A stretch of 60,337 nucleotides of DNA, counting the filler. It is 7 parts of 7 records of this genome, joined end to end, with 100 filler letters (N's around TTAATTAATTAA, not from the genome) between each part and the next. Parts side by side here need not be neighbours in the genome. Positions count along the whole stretch, not along the records: positions 6,303 to 11,635 come from SRR31147125_11285; positions 11,736 to 20,656 come from SRR31147125_11315; 5 more parts are not named here. One strand, given 5' to 3'. This document shows positions 9,333-20,756 of this stretch, in pieces. A program made the translations under genes and the position numbers. Below the pieces are notes generated by a model. That model made no database searches. It was not told the origin of the DNA and saw only the letters and a list, made by a program, of their open reading frames with translations. The first letter of the stretch is position 1. Each line of letters opens with the position of its first letter.

Positions 9333-10078
9333 TCAGCCGGTTTTGCCGACATTGTTGATAACCGTGGATGTGGCCTCGTCGGCCGTTTGGATCACTTTCT
9401 GATAGGCTTCAAAGGCCCGCGATGTTTCGATCATTTCGGTCATCGCCATGATGGGGTTGACATTGGCGGCTTCCAGGTACCCCTGACTCAGCGTCGTGTC
9501 CGGCGGCCGTTCGCCCACTACCGTCTGGTCCGTCGTCACAAAACGGCCGTCACCAACCTTTAGCAAGGTATCCGGGTCGTTAAAACCGGTAATTTGCAGG
9601 TGGCCGACCTCATCCCCATCCAAATAGACCCCGCCTTCCAAATCGATCTCGACTTTACCCTCTTCCAGTGTAATCTCACCACCTTCGCCGAGTACCGGAA
9701 ATCCATCTGTTGTGACCAAGACCCCTTCTTCATTCAGGCTGAAACTGCCCTGCCGGGTGTACTGCACGCCCTCTGGGGTTTGAACGCCGAAAAAACCGTC
9801 CCCGTTGATGGCCACATCCAGCGGATTGCCGGTTTCGCGAAGCGCCCCTGGCTGAAATCGACCCGTGTTTCAAATGGAGGCGCATAAGGGGATAACGCTT
9901 GACTGCCATCCGTGTTCTGTCCTTCGTCCGGCGTTGCGGTTTGCTCGTTGACCCGGAAAATTATTTTTTCGCCCTTGTAGCCGTTGGTGTTCATATTGGC
10001 GATGTTGTTGGATAGTACTTCAAGGCGCATTTGCTGAACCATCGCACCGGATGCGGCTAGATACATACCACCACTCAT
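9333..10078 (-). CDS. flgF: Proximal rod protein (frameshift ~9845)
   Basis: NNIANMNTNGYK, YTRQGSF, LEAANVN. Confidence 0.9.
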
Positions 10079-10128
10079 GGGGTCGACTCCTTAGTCTTTA
10101 GTTTGGTATCATTACGCGATGATTTAAA

Positions 10129-10144
10129 TGCAACACACATGCCA
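10129..10144 (-). promoter_or_regulatory. Sigma-54 promoter for flgFGAHI
   Basis: TGGCATGTGTGTTGCA, GG-N10-GC, ~50 bp upstream of flgF. Confidence 0.75.
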
Positions 10145-10216
10145 CAACACGCACCCCATCGACCCAGAACTATAATCAATAAATACGAACAATTAAAGTA
10201 TAGGCAAGCCGATTAT

Positions 10217-10259
10217 AAAAAAAGGCCGGTAGGCAACATGTGCCTTTCCGGCCTTTTTT
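10217..10259. terminator. Bidirectional terminator
   Basis: AAAAAAAGGCCGG.AGGCA...TGCCT.TCCGGCCTTTTTT. Confidence 0.75.
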
Positions 10260-10291
10260 CCGGCCCGCCAACGCCGGACGGCGACCTATCG

Positions 10292-10759
10292 TCATGCGGC
10301 ATTGAGGCGCATGACAAGGGATACTTCCGCTTCGGACAACTCCAGCCGGCTGGCGATCGCTGCAGTGCTCGTCCCGTTTTGGGCCAGGGGCAAAACCCGT
10401 TCATAAGCGGTTTGCGGACGTCCTGAAATTTGCGACCCCGACGTATGATTGGCGTCAATTCCGTCGGACATCGACGGATTTCTGACGACCACGCCCAGTT
10501 TTTGTCGTTCCAATTCGATTGTTCCAGCAAGCGCGGCCAGCATGGAATCGTTTTTTCGGTTCATGATATGCATCAAGGCACGCCGCTCCTTCTTCAACTG
10601 CGCCGCATCCGGGGTAGCCCGTTCAACTTGGCAAGCACGAAGCGCCTTGGAATTTTGCTTCCTGAGTTTGATAACGCTTGCCACAAGCACACCCAATACC
10701 AGGGTAATCGTGACATCGAATGCAACCCCCCAAATGACATGATTAACATCCAGCAACAT
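10292..10759 (-). CDS. DUF2802-like membrane protein downstream of fliA
   Basis: N-terminal TM, C-terminal IASRLELSEAEVSLVMRL helix-turn-helix-like motif. Confidence 0.65.
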   Translation of the reverse strand: MLLDVNHVIWGVAFDVTITLVLGVLVASVIKLRKQNSKALRACQVERATPDAAQLKKERRALMHIMNRKNDSMLAALAGTIELERQKLGVVVRNPSMSDGIDANHTSGSQISGRPQTAYERVLPLAQNGTSTAAIASRLELSEAEVSLVMRLNAA

Positions 10760-10780
10760 CGCTCCCCTCCCTATCTTTTA

Positions 10781-11539
10781 TCAATCCTCAAGCATTCCGT
10801 CGCGGCGCATCTTGCTTCGCAAATGGATAATGGCTTGGGCATGAATTTGGGAAACCCGTGACTCGGTAATATTCAAGACCTGACCGATCTCCTTCATGGT
10901 CATCTCTTCGGAATAATAGAGGGAGACAACCAACTTTTCCTTTTCGGGCAACAAATCGATATTTTTAGCAATAGTGGATTTCAGCTCTTTCATGGTAGTA
11001 AGTGACAGGGCATCGTCGGTGTCACCGCTGGAAAGAGAACTGGGGATGGACGCGCTGTCACTTCGCGATGTATAGCCAAGCTCCTCAAAACTCACGAAAG
11101 AGATGCTGGACATGCGTTTGACTTTGTAGAACTGCTCCAAATCCATATTCATTTCTTCAGCGACTTCCTCATCGCTGACTTCACGTCCCAGCCGCTGCTC
11201 CAGTTTGAGATAGGCTTTTTCCAGGTCACGAATTTTTCTACGGGTCGTCCGGCCTAAGAAATCCCTTGAGCGCAGCTCGCTGAGCACGGCCCCCTTGATC
11301 CGGAATACGGCGTAGGTGATAAATTTATTGTCGCGCGTCGGATCGAACCGCTCAATAGCTTGTATCAACCCAATAACTCCGACATTGACCAGGTCATCCA
11401 CCTCGATGGTGGCAGGTAAATGCATGGCAATCCGGTTGACAATCCGCTTCACATAAGGAAGATACTCGCTAATAATCTGATTTCTTAAAAGATGACTGTC
11501 CTTACCGAAATGCTCTTCCCGTGATTGTGCCAAATTCAT
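10781..11539 (-). CDS. fliA: Flagellar sigma-28 factor
   Basis: DDLVNVGVIGLIQA, RIKGAVLSELR, ITESRVSQIH. Confidence 0.95.
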   Translation of the reverse strand: MNLAQSREEHFGKDSHLLRNQIISEYLPYVKRIVNRIAMHLPATIEVDDLVNVGVIGLIQAIERFDPTRDNKFITYAVFRIKGAVLSELRSRDFLGRTTRRKIRDLEKAYLKLEQRLGREVSDEEVAEEMNMDLEQFYKVKRMSSISFVSFEELGYTSRSDSASIPSSLSSGDTDDALSLTTMKELKSTIAKNIDLLPEKEKLVVSLYYSEEMTMKEIGQVLNITESRVSQIHAQAIIHLRSKMRRDGMLED

Positions 11540-11634
11540 AGTCGTCTCCACCAGTTGGAATTCTTCCCATGGCTTATGTCCCCATCCGTCCTTTTTTGCA
11601 TAGCGGGTATTGACGGATGGCCAAGAGGCCATTC
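11536..11634 (-). CDS. Probable C-terminus of FlhG/FleN (partial)
   Basis: Open frame ending NSNWWRRL* with ATGA overlap on the fliA start; assignment mostly from usual gene order. Confidence 0.35.
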   Translation of the reverse strand, partial: EWPLGHPSIPAMQKRTDGDISHGKNSNWWRRL

Positions 11635-11635
11635 T

Positions 11636-11735
11636 NNNNNNNNNNNNNNNNNNNNNNNNNNNNNNNNNNNNNNNNNNNNTTAATTAATTAANNNNNNNNN
11701 NNNNNNNNNNNNNNNNNNNNNNNNNNNNNNNNNNN
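11636..11735. other. Artificial contig linker
   Basis: N44-TTAATTAATTAA-N44. Confidence 0.99.
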
Positions 11736-11736
11736 A

Positions 11737-11970
11737 ATTGGGGATACAGTAGAATTCATACAAGAAACAAAAGAGGGGGATTTAGCATTTTTTGATAATG
11801 AAGAAGGCAAAATAACACATGTTGGTATTTTACTTAACAGCAGCAAAATTATTCATGCTTCAGGTTGTGTGCGGATTGATAAAATTGATTCTCATGGGAT
11901 TTTTAACTCTGATATAAATGAATACACCCATAAATTAAGGATAATTAAAAGACCCCATGAGAAACAATAA
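11737..11970 (+). CDS. NlpC/P60 (C40) peptidase, 3' end (not in ORF track)
   Basis: EGDLAFFDNEEGKITHVGILL...IIHASG. Confidence 0.85.
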   Translation: MGDTVEFIQETKEGDLAFFDNEEGKITHVGILLNSSKIIHASGCVRIDKIDSHGIFNSDINEYTHKLRIIKRPHEKQ

Positions 11971-12111
11971 GAATACAATGCTAATGATAAGTCAAGCATC
12001 AATTATCGCCTCCCCGCATTTACCCCTATTCGCTTGTGGGCTGTTCCCTTTAGGGAATAAAAGGGTGAGGGTAGGCAATCGAATATTCGAAATTTTACGA
12101 TTGACATAACA

Positions 12112-12849
12112 CTAGAATGCAATACCAATTGAAAAACCAGTTCTAATTCCCGGAAATAAAAATGATGTTTTACCTTTTACGTAATCATCGCCAGTTTCAA
12201 GCTCAAAGTTTTTTCCTATGATGGGAACATCCTCCATTTCTGTATTTATATCAACTTCCAGTTCATTGTAATTAAAATTGGGATCGTCGGATGTAAATGT
12301 CGCTGAATAAACAATTCTATCGACACCAAAACCCAGAAAATACCAATCAATAGTTACTACTTCAGAAATTACCCATTGATAACCTAATTGCAGACCGACA
12401 CCCATATTTGTTAATTTGCTGTCAATCTTCGCTTCCTCACCATCATATATATCAGCGAAGTCGAATCCAAAACTGTTTATTCTTGCATACGGGCCAAAAT
12501 AAAATCCCTTAGGAGTCGGATTTTTTGCACTGTAGAACCTATATTCCAGGGCAGCAGAGTAACTACGCATCTTATAGTCTACATTTTCAATATCAGATTC
12601 GTAATCAATAAAATTTGGAATACCTCGGGGAATTAACATCCCTGCATTAATAGTTAATGATTGATTCTCTGAAATAACACGTTCGTAGCCCAACTTAATA
12701 TTTCCAAACATAATACCAAGACCTAGCTTGGCAACATTTTCTTGTGAATAAGCAGAGTTAGCACAAATTCCTATTAGTAAAAAAACTGGCAGTAATTTCT
12801 TTAACTTTTTCATTTTCATTAGGATTAATTTAAGTATTATTTGTCTCAC
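12112..12849 (-). CDS. Outer-membrane beta-barrel protein (DUF3575-like)
   Basis: Signal peptide, alternating beta strands, GFYFGPY, terminal GFSIGIAF. Confidence 0.7.
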   Translation of the reverse strand: MRQIILKLILMKMKKLKKLLPVFLLIGICANSAYSQENVAKLGLGIMFGNIKLGYERVISENQSLTINAGMLIPRGIPNFIDYESDIENVDYKMRSYSAALEYRFYSAKNPTPKGFYFGPYARINSFGFDFADIYDGEEAKIDSKLTNMGVGLQLGYQWVISEVVTIDWYFLGFGVDRIVYSATFTSDDPNFNYNELEVDINTEMEDVPIIGKNFELETGDDYVKGKTSFLFPGIRTGFSIGIAF

Positions 12850-12969
12850 TAAAGTAATCCTAAATCCAATTTATTAAGAATAAACAATGGACATCTTTGA
12901 CCAGGAAAGAAAAATAAATGATAACTGTAGAAATTACAGCAACAAAATAATGGTCACAACGGTACTATT

Positions 12970-14265
12970 TTACAAAATCATTCCAGCACCAACCGTATTG
13001 TTTGTTCCTTCATCAATAAGAATGAAGCTTCCGGTAATCCTATTTGTTTTGTACGAATCGAAAAATAATGGCTGAGTCGTTTTAATTTTCAATTTAACAA
13101 TCTCGTTTAAGCCAACAGTTTTATCGTCAGTAATATGGTCAAGATTATTAATATTAACCTTCTCAACAACTTCTTTAACAATACATCTACAGTCTTTTGT
13201 TGTATGTTTTAAAGAGTATTTACCACCATTTACCATAGGTCGTTCGCTTAACCAACATACCATTGCTTCAATCTCCTGATCTACTTTTGGCTCATTATTC
13301 GCATCAACTATCATATCACCACGGCTGATATCAATATCATGTTCCAGCTGAATGGCAACAGATTGTGGGGGAAAAGCTTTATCAAGCTCTTTCTCCATTA
13401 GGTTTATTGACTTGATCTTAGAAGTTATACCGGAAGGAAGAACTTTTACTTCATTACCAACATTAATTACACCGCTGGCAACCCTTCCGCCATAGCCCCT
13501 GAAATCATGGAACTCATCGGATTGAGGTCTAATAACATACTGAACAGGGAATCGTTTATCATTAAGGTTCCTATCTGTACTGATTTCTATTGTTTCTAAA
13601 AGGTTCATTAACGTTATCCCACTATACCAATCCATATTTGTTGATGCATCTACAACATTGTCTCCATTTAATGCGCTGATAGGTATAAATCGAACATCTC
13701 TAAGATTTAGCTTATCATTAATTTTTGAAAAATCATCTTTAATTTTATTGAAAACATCCTCTGAATATTCAACTAAATCCATCTTATTTACACAAACAAG
13801 AATATGTGGAATACCTAGTAAGTTTGCAATATAAGTATGTCTGATTGTTTGCTCAATCACTCCATTTCTGGCATCGACTAGAATAATTGCAGCATTGGCA
13901 GTAGATGCACCGGTAACCATATTTCTGGTATATTGAACATGACCAGGAGTATCTGCAATAATGAATTTTCTTTTGGGAGTTGCGAAATATCTGTATGCAA
14001 CATCAATTGTAATACCTTGCTCGCGTTCTGCTCTTAAACCATCTGTCAGTAAAGCAAGGTTAACATTTTCTTCTCCTCTATGGATACTCGCTCTTTCAAT
14101 AGCTTCCATCTGGTCTTCAAAAATTGCTTTGCTGTCGTAAAGTAAACGACCAATAAGAGTACTTTTACCATCATCAACACTACCAGCTGTTGTGAATCGT
14201 AAAAGTTGCATATTTAAATATCCGGCTTGTATTTCTTGAATATCCTGGTTAACAGTATCTACCAT
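12970..14265 (-). CDS. cysN: Sulfate adenylyltransferase subunit 1 (no CysC fusion)
   Basis: GSVDDGKST, EREQGITIDVAYRYF, DTPGH, NKMD. Confidence 0.97.
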   Translation of the reverse strand: MVDTVNQDIQEIQAGYLNMQLLRFTTAGSVDDGKSTLIGRLLYDSKAIFEDQMEAIERASIHRGEENVNLALLTDGLRAEREQGITIDVAYRYFATPKRKFIIADTPGHVQYTRNMVTGASTANAAIILVDARNGVIEQTIRHTYIANLLGIPHILVCVNKMDLVEYSEDVFNKIKDDFSKINDKLNLRDVRFIPISALNGDNVVDASTNMDWYSGITLMNLLETIEISTDRNLNDKRFPVQYVIRPQSDEFHDFRGYGGRVASGVINVGNEVKVLPSGITSKIKSINLMEKELDKAFPPQSVAIQLEHDIDISRGDMIVDANNEPKVDQEIEAMVCWLSERPMVNGGKYSLKHTTKDCRCIVKEVVEKVNINNLDHITDDKTVGLNEIVKLKIKTTQPLFFDSYKTNRITGSFILIDEGTNNTVGAGMIL

Positions 14266-14342
14266 TTTATTATCTAATTATTTCTTTTGTCAATAACTTA
14301 TTTCTAATGACTAATCACTTGCCTATTATAACTTATCACTTA

Positions 14343-15248
14343 CTAGAAGTAACCTTCTTTCTTCCTATCTTCCATTGCTGCTTCGCTTCGTTTGTCGTCA
14401 GCACGGCCACCACGCTCTGTAGTTCTGGTTGCTGCAACTTCCATAATAATATCTTCGAGCGAATTTGCAGTTGAAAGGGTAACCCCCGTACAAGTTATAT
14501 CTCCAATAGTGCGGCAACGGACATCTTTGGTTTCAATTTTCTCGCTGTCTTTTAACTGCATAAATGGTGCCTTTGCTAGCCAAACACCATCGCGGTTAAA
14601 CACTTCTCGTTTGTGCGTGAAATATAAATCCGGAATTTCAATATCTTCCATGTAGATATATTGCCAAACATCCATTTCGGTCCAGTTACTAATTGGGAAT
14701 ACCCTAAAGTGTTCTCCCATTTTCTTTTTGCCGTTAAAAATGTTCCACAATTCCGGGCGTTGGTTTTTAGGATCCCACTGTCCAAAATCATCACGATGAG
14801 AAAAGAACCTTTCTTTTGCTCTTGCCTTTTCTTCATCTCTTCTTCCTCCGCCTAATGCAGCATCAAATTTCAATTCTTCGATTGCATCGAGCAATGTCAC
14901 AGTTTGTAACATGTTCCGACTTGCATTCACACCAGTCTCTTCTACAGCCCTTCCAGAATCAATTGAATCCTGAACCAGACGTACTATGCAATTCGCTCCT
15001 GTCTTCGCCATCAGATTATCACGAAATTCTATTGTTTCCGGGAAATTATGTCCGGTATCGATATGCATTAAAGGAAACGGAACTTTTGCCGGCCAAAAAG
15101 CTTTTCTTGCCAGGTAAAACATTACGATTGAATCTTTACCGCCTGAAAATAACAGTACAGGCTTTTCAAATTGCGCAGCTACTTCCCTAATTACATAAAT
15201 TGATTCAGCTTCTAATTCACGAAGATGATTGATTGTATGTTCTTTCAT
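14343..15248 (-). CDS. cysD: Sulfate adenylyltransferase subunit 2
   Basis: SGGKDS, WDPKNQRPELW, MEDRKKEGYF. Confidence 0.97.
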   Translation of the reverse strand: MKEHTINHLRELEAESIYVIREVAAQFEKPVLLFSGGKDSIVMFYLARKAFWPAKVPFPLMHIDTGHNFPETIEFRDNLMAKTGANCIVRLVQDSIDSGRAVEETGVNASRNMLQTVTLLDAIEELKFDAALGGGRRDEEKARAKERFFSHRDDFGQWDPKNQRPELWNIFNGKKKMGEHFRVFPISNWTEMDVWQYIYMEDIEIPDLYFTHKREVFNRDGVWLAKAPFMQLKDSEKIETKDVRCRTIGDITCTGVTLSTANSLEDIIMEVAATRTTERGGRADDKRSEAAMEDRKKEGYF

Positions 15249-15479
15249 TCTTAAGTCCTATCCATTTTTGAGATGGGCAAAGATAATAAAATATTGAAAT
15301 CTGATTATGAAATCAAAATAGGGTAAATTGTTCCTTGAATATCTTAATTAGACAGGCACATATTTTCTTAAAAACATGAATCATATCGATATTCAACTCA
15401 AAAAAACTAAATAATCCTATTAAGGATTACTAATCTTATTTCGCTAACTTTAAATTCTATAACTTATTATTAAAATCGA

Positions 15480-18137
15480 ATGAACAAGAAAATATTTTTA
15501 ATAATTATTTTATTATTTCACATCATAATTCAATACAGCTACTCACAAATAAGCGAAGGTGGATTGCCCCCTTCTTTTAATTTAAATGTTACTAAATCTT
15601 CTGAAAGTCCCCACCTCATTCTCCCCCAAATTAAAAATGTAGAAGAATTACTTTTGGAAGATCAATTAAATCCAATACCATTCAGATATTCTATTGTAAA
15701 GGACACAGACATTGACATAAAAGAGCTGGGAAATTTTATTCTAGACAAAGACGCCAATAAAATCTGGAAATACCTCATTAAAGCAGAGGAAGCTTATTCT
15801 TTAGGATTAATATTCGAAAAATACAATCTACCCAAAGGCGCTAAATTATATATTTATTCGCCTGACAGAAATAATATTCTGGGTGCTTTCACAAGCAGAA
15901 ACAATAAAAATAGCGGAAAACTTAATATTCAAGAATTCAAAGGCAAAGAAGCCATAATTGAATATTTTGAACCAAAAAACGCAGAATTCGAAGGAGAGCT
16001 TATCCTGGGTGGTATAGGCCAGGCTTACAAAAACTTGTTTGACGATGTACCGGACACAGCATACATCAGTATAAATTGCCCCATTGGAGATGAATGGCAA
16101 CTCGAGAAGCACGCTGTTGTAAAATACACTTCAAAACAAGGCTCATCCATTATTTCATGTACTGGGTTTCTGGTAAACAACACAAATGAAGATGGCAAAC
16201 CGTATATGCTTACAGCCAATCATTGTGTGCATACAGATAGTGATGTACAAAACTTAGTGGCCTATTTTAATTTTGAAAAAGAAGATTGCCAAAGTAGCTT
16301 ATCTCTATCCCCATTAACAATTTCAGAAGCTACATTGCTGGCAACAAATAGTAATTATGATTTCAGTTTGGTAGAACTCAGTCAAACTCCACCCGCAAAC
16401 TACCAACCCTATTATGCAGGCTGGAGCATAAACACAGAGCCCACCGAACAAGCTACTTCTATTCATCATCCGGCTGGAATAGAAAAAAGTATCTCAATTG
16501 ATTATGATTCAATTGAGAATTATCCGGCTGGAATAAACCTACGTGATGGTGACAGAATCCTGGAAATCCCGGCCAACAGCTCCTGGGTAACTGATTTCGA
16601 TCGTGGGCGAACAATTGGTGGTTCATCAGGATCTCCCCTATTCGATCCAAATAAAAGAGTGATTGGTTTATTATCAGCAGGAAATACCGATTTTAATATT
16701 GACTTTTACATAAAACTTAGCAGAGCATTTAAACCTTTTGACTCTGAAATTAGTGAGCAATTATCTCATTGGCTTGACCCAGCCGGACTCGATCCCGTAA
16801 CTATTGATGGTTATATCCCATTTCCAAATACTACCCCTCCTGATGCTCATTTTACAGCTGAATACAGGGGTATCTGCCAGGGAACGGAACTTAAACTTGA
16901 AGATAAAACCACGTTTGGTGCCACTTCATGGCTTTGGGAATTTTCTCCAAATACAGTTTCGTTTATTGATGGGACAGAAAATTCACAAAACCCAGTCGTG
17001 AGATTTGATGAGCTTGGACAATATAATATTTCCCTTACAGCCGGAAATTCGGCAGGAAATAATTCTCAATCCAGAAATTCGTACATATCAACTGAAGATC
17101 TTGATATTAAAGTAAGGCAAATAAGTTCTTCTTCATTGTGTATTGAAGAATTCGACCAGGTAAGGGTTCAAGCCAGTGGCGCCGAAACTTATCATTGGTT
17201 TGTTGATGAATCAGCATCCGAGTTTATTGAACTTGTAGGTGAAAATTCCGATTCATTAATCATAAGTTTAAATATTGATAGCAAACCCGATTTCACATTT
17301 AATAATTTACCTGATAGCCTTGTTACTTATAAAATTTTTGTTGAAGGAAGTATAGATACCTGCTCGGCAATTGAAGAATTTGACATTAATTTATTATTCC
17401 ATGACAATGATGATATAGCAAATGCTTACCCTCTTCTAATCGATTCGTTGCAAGGGCCTTTTAGAAATTCTTGTGCAACAGTAGAAGAAAATGAACCTAT
17501 CCCAACAGTAGATGACTGCACAAAACAAGGACAATGGTGTGGTTGTGAGTTGGGTAACGAATACCGGTTTATTTTGGGTAATAGCACCTGGTTTACATTT
17601 ATTGCTCCTCCCAGCGGAATTGTTGGAATCGAGACATCAGGCTACGACAATCAAATTGCAGTTTACGATGCTGAAAGTGTTGAAGACATTTTAAGTGACA
17701 ACCCAAACAATTATTCGATAATTGGTGCAAATGATGATTATTCCAATATTGATTTTCAAGCCAAAATCCCAAGTCTTTCGGTAACCCCAGGAAAAAAATA
17801 TTGGATACAAGCTGATGGGAGTGCCTGCAATACTACCGGTCAGTTCTCAATTCGTATTTCTTCTGAAGCACTTGTTAGCAGCAAAACAAAAAATCTGGGC
17901 AATCAAAATATTGCATCGATTTATCCTAATCCGGCTAAAAATTTTATTACAATAAAAAAGACTGTATCAAATTTGGTTGATATTAATATTCTTGACCTCA
18001 ATGGAAAAGTAGTTTATAAAACCCAATTGATGGATGACGCAAAAAATATTGATACGAAAAGCCTGGCAAGAGGGGTATATGTAATTCAAATAATAAGTGA
18101 AAATGAAATTCAGACAAACAAATTAATTTTAGACTAA
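15480..18137 (+). CDS. T9SS-secreted lysyl-endopeptidase-like serine protease with PKD domain
   Basis: Triad LTANHC / YDFSL / GSSGSP, PKD (SWLWEF..NPVV), IYPNPA...GVYVI CTD. Confidence 0.88.
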   Translation: MNKKIFLIIILLFHIIIQYSYSQISEGGLPPSFNLNVTKSSESPHLILPQIKNVEELLLEDQLNPIPFRYSIVKDTDIDIKELGNFILDKDANKIWKYLIKAEEAYSLGLIFEKYNLPKGAKLYIYSPDRNNILGAFTSRNNKNSGKLNIQEFKGKEAIIEYFEPKNAEFEGELILGGIGQAYKNLFDDVPDTAYISINCPIGDEWQLEKHAVVKYTSKQGSSIISCTGFLVNNTNEDGKPYMLTANHCVHTDSDVQNLVAYFNFEKEDCQSSLSLSPLTISEATLLATNSNYDFSLVELSQTPPANYQPYYAGWSINTEPTEQATSIHHPAGIEKSISIDYDSIENYPAGINLRDGDRILEIPANSSWVTDFDRGRTIGGSSGSPLFDPNKRVIGLLSAGNTDFNIDFYIKLSRAFKPFDSEISEQLSHWLDPAGLDPVTIDGYIPFPNTTPPDAHFTAEYRGICQGTELKLEDKTTFGATSWLWEFSPNTVSFIDGTENSQNPVVRFDELGQYNISLTAGNSAGNNSQSRNSYISTEDLDIKVRQISSSSLCIEEFDQVRVQASGAETYHWFVDESASEFIELVGENSDSLIISLNIDSKPDFTFNNLPDSLVTYKIFVEGSIDTCSAIEEFDINLLFHDNDDIANAYPLLIDSLQGPFRNSCATVEENEPIPTVDDCTKQGQWCGCELGNEYRFILGNSTWFTFIAPPSGIVGIETSGYDNQIAVYDAESVEDILSDNPNNYSIIGANDDYSNIDFQAKIPSLSVTPGKKYWIQADGSACNTTGQFSIRISSEALVSSKTKNLGNQNIASIYPNPAKNFITIKKTVSNLVDINILDLNGKVVYKTQLMDDAKNIDTKSLARGVYVIQIISENEIQTNKLILD

Positions 18138-18325
18138 AAACTATGCCCTGAGTTGGAATATAATTTTCAAAACAAGTCTTTTAACTTCCAATAAAATGCG
18201 ACTATCACATTAAAATGTCAAAACATCGACAAAAAACCGAAAAACAACATGCAATTATTAACAAATTACCCAGAAATATTGTTATTTAGTAAGCTTTATA
18301 AAGTTCATGATAAAAATATATTACT

Positions 18326-20157
18326 ATGAAATTGATTATACATAAATTAGGAGTCATTTTAACTATCTCTGCACTACTTGCTTTTTCTGCTAATGTAAGT
18401 GGACAAGATAAAATCAATAAAAATAACATTGATAAATCCCTGGAGTTAAAAAGTGATAAGGCAGTAGAAAGTATTTCTACATTCAATTATTTGAATAAAA
18501 GAAATACTATCAACGAGTTAAAAAACAACTCTTTTGAAAAATTTTCAAATCAAAAAGCTTATTCATCAAATCATAATCCATATACCAATCGCAGCATTCT
18601 TGCCGACGCATCGGATTCGGCTTACGTGTACGATTGGGTATCAGACGACTGGGTGACAGACGGTTGGGTATTAAAAACAAGATTACTCTATTATTTCAAC
18701 GCCAGTGGTTATGAAATAATTGAAGAAAAAAAGGTGAAGGTTCAAATGATTGGACAAAACAATTTAGAACTGAACTTTTATACTATGAATCGAACTCATT
18801 GCAAAAACAAACGTCAAGTTTTTGGAAAGAATCAACCAAAGAATGGATAACTGATGAATTAACTGAATATAATGAGGCTGGTGAACAAACCCAATACTAT
18901 GTAAAGGCATGGAACGATACAACCCAAAAATTTGTTGACGGAATCCGTGTTGTTTCAACATATGAGAACGATACAAACCTGGTAGAGGATGTTTTACAGG
19001 AATGGGATTCTATATCAAACTCATGGAAATTTTTATTGATGATTGAAAATGAATTTAATAACAGCGGCCTGATAACCAGCTCAACAGAAAAAATATACGA
19101 TAAAGAAAGCAGCGACTGGGAAAACAGTTACTACATGGTATTTGAATATGATTTGGGTGAATTAATTGGCGAGACCTGGCAATATTGGGATACCATAACA
19201 AATGTTTGGGCCAACGATATTAAAATTGGTCGTTCCTATAACGAAATCGGAGATTTAACAGATCAACTCGTCCAGGTTTGGGATACAGATGGCTCTGATT
19301 GGTTAAACAACAATCAACGAATGATTGGTTATAACGACTTTTTTCAAGTTGAAACAGTTAACGATCAAATCTGGAACACAGACACAGATGCCTGGGATGA
19401 CACAACTAAATTTACATATAGTTATACTGATTTAGGAGACTTATTAAATTACCTTGAAGAAGCTTGGAACGGAAGCGCATGGGAAAATGTATTTCAAGAA
19501 TCTCGTATATATGACGATAACAACTTCATTACCGATATTAATCTTGAAGAATGGGATATTGATAATAAGGAATGGGTTAGTTATTTATCAAGAGATATTG
19601 AATGGACTCCGGAAGGTTATTTAAAATCAGTAAAAGATAGTTACTGGAATCCAAACACAAGCGATTGGGAAGTTGAATATTACTTTGAACTTGATGTAAT
19701 TGCAGGTGCATTAGATTATATTGAATACTATGACAAAGACTGGAACGATACACTTTATAAATTCACAGGTGGTTTTAGAGAACTATACCAGTATTATGCA
19801 AATGGTGATGAAAAAGAAAGAATAGTTCAAGAATGGGATACTGTATCTTCATCATGGGTTAATGATCAGAAAATTTTATTTTATTGGGAGGCTGGAATTT
19901 CATCAAGCCCAGAAACCGAATTCGAACAAATTTCAATTTACCCCACTCCATTTAACAACATTTTGAATATTGAATTAACAGATGATATGCACAGTGCTGA
20001 AATCTTGCTATACAATATTCAGGGGCAAAAAATTGAAGAATTTTACATTGATAAAAAAGTCACCTCTATTGAACTGTCACAACTGAAAAATGGGGTGTAT
20101 TTTATTGTCTACGAGGCAGACAATAGAAAATTCGTTAAAAAAATAGTAAAACAATAA
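18326..20157 (+). CDS. T9SS cargo protein with ~31-aa Trp-rich repeats (frameshift in A run ~18730)
   Basis: Signal peptide in 18326 ORF; repeated QxWDxxxxxWxN units; IYPTPF...GVYF CTD. Confidence 0.8.
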
Positions 20158-20176
20158 TTTGTGATACTTAATTAAG

Positions 20177-20656
20177 GTGAAAGTAGTCAAGTTAGCATTT
20201 TTATATACAATTTTATTACTAGGTTTGAGCCAAATAACCATGGCGCAAACCTATAATGTTAGAGGTTTAGTTACTGATTCTGATAACGAGCCGTTACCTG
20301 GTGCAACCGTTGTTGTAAAAAACACAACAATTGGTGTTATTTCAGATATTGAAGGAAGATTCAATATTGATGTCGAAGCGGCAAATAACATTATCATTGT
20401 CTCTTTTCTGGGAATGAAACCCCAGGAATTTGCGATTGCAAGTAGCCAGGAAATAACTGTAAAACTTTCTGATGAATCCACTGCTTTGGATGAAGTTGTG
20501 ATAACCGGTTACCAAACTGTGGATAAAAGAACCTTTACCGGTTCAGTAGCAAGGTTAGATTCCAGCCAATTACAACAGGCAGGCGTACCTGATGTCAGCA
20601 GAATGATTCAGGGTACTGTAGCCGGTGTAGCTGTTGAGAATGTTTCCGGGACTTTT
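20177..20656 (+). CDS. SusC/RagA TonB-dependent receptor (5' partial)
   Basis: EPLPGATVVVK, LDEVVITGYQ, TGSV. Confidence 0.92.
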
Positions 20657-20756
20657 NNNNNNNNNNNNNNNNNNNNNNNNNNNNNNNNNNNNNNNNNNNN
20701 TTAATTAATTAANNNNNNNNNNNNNNNNNNNNNNNNNNNNNNNNNNNNNNNNNNNN
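20657..20756. other. Artificial contig linker
   Basis: N44-TTAATTAATTAA-N44. Confidence 0.99.

Noticed and set aside
12970-15248. cysDN without cysC as an anomaly
   Set aside because: Unfused CysN is common and the kinase or reductase can be encoded elsewhere
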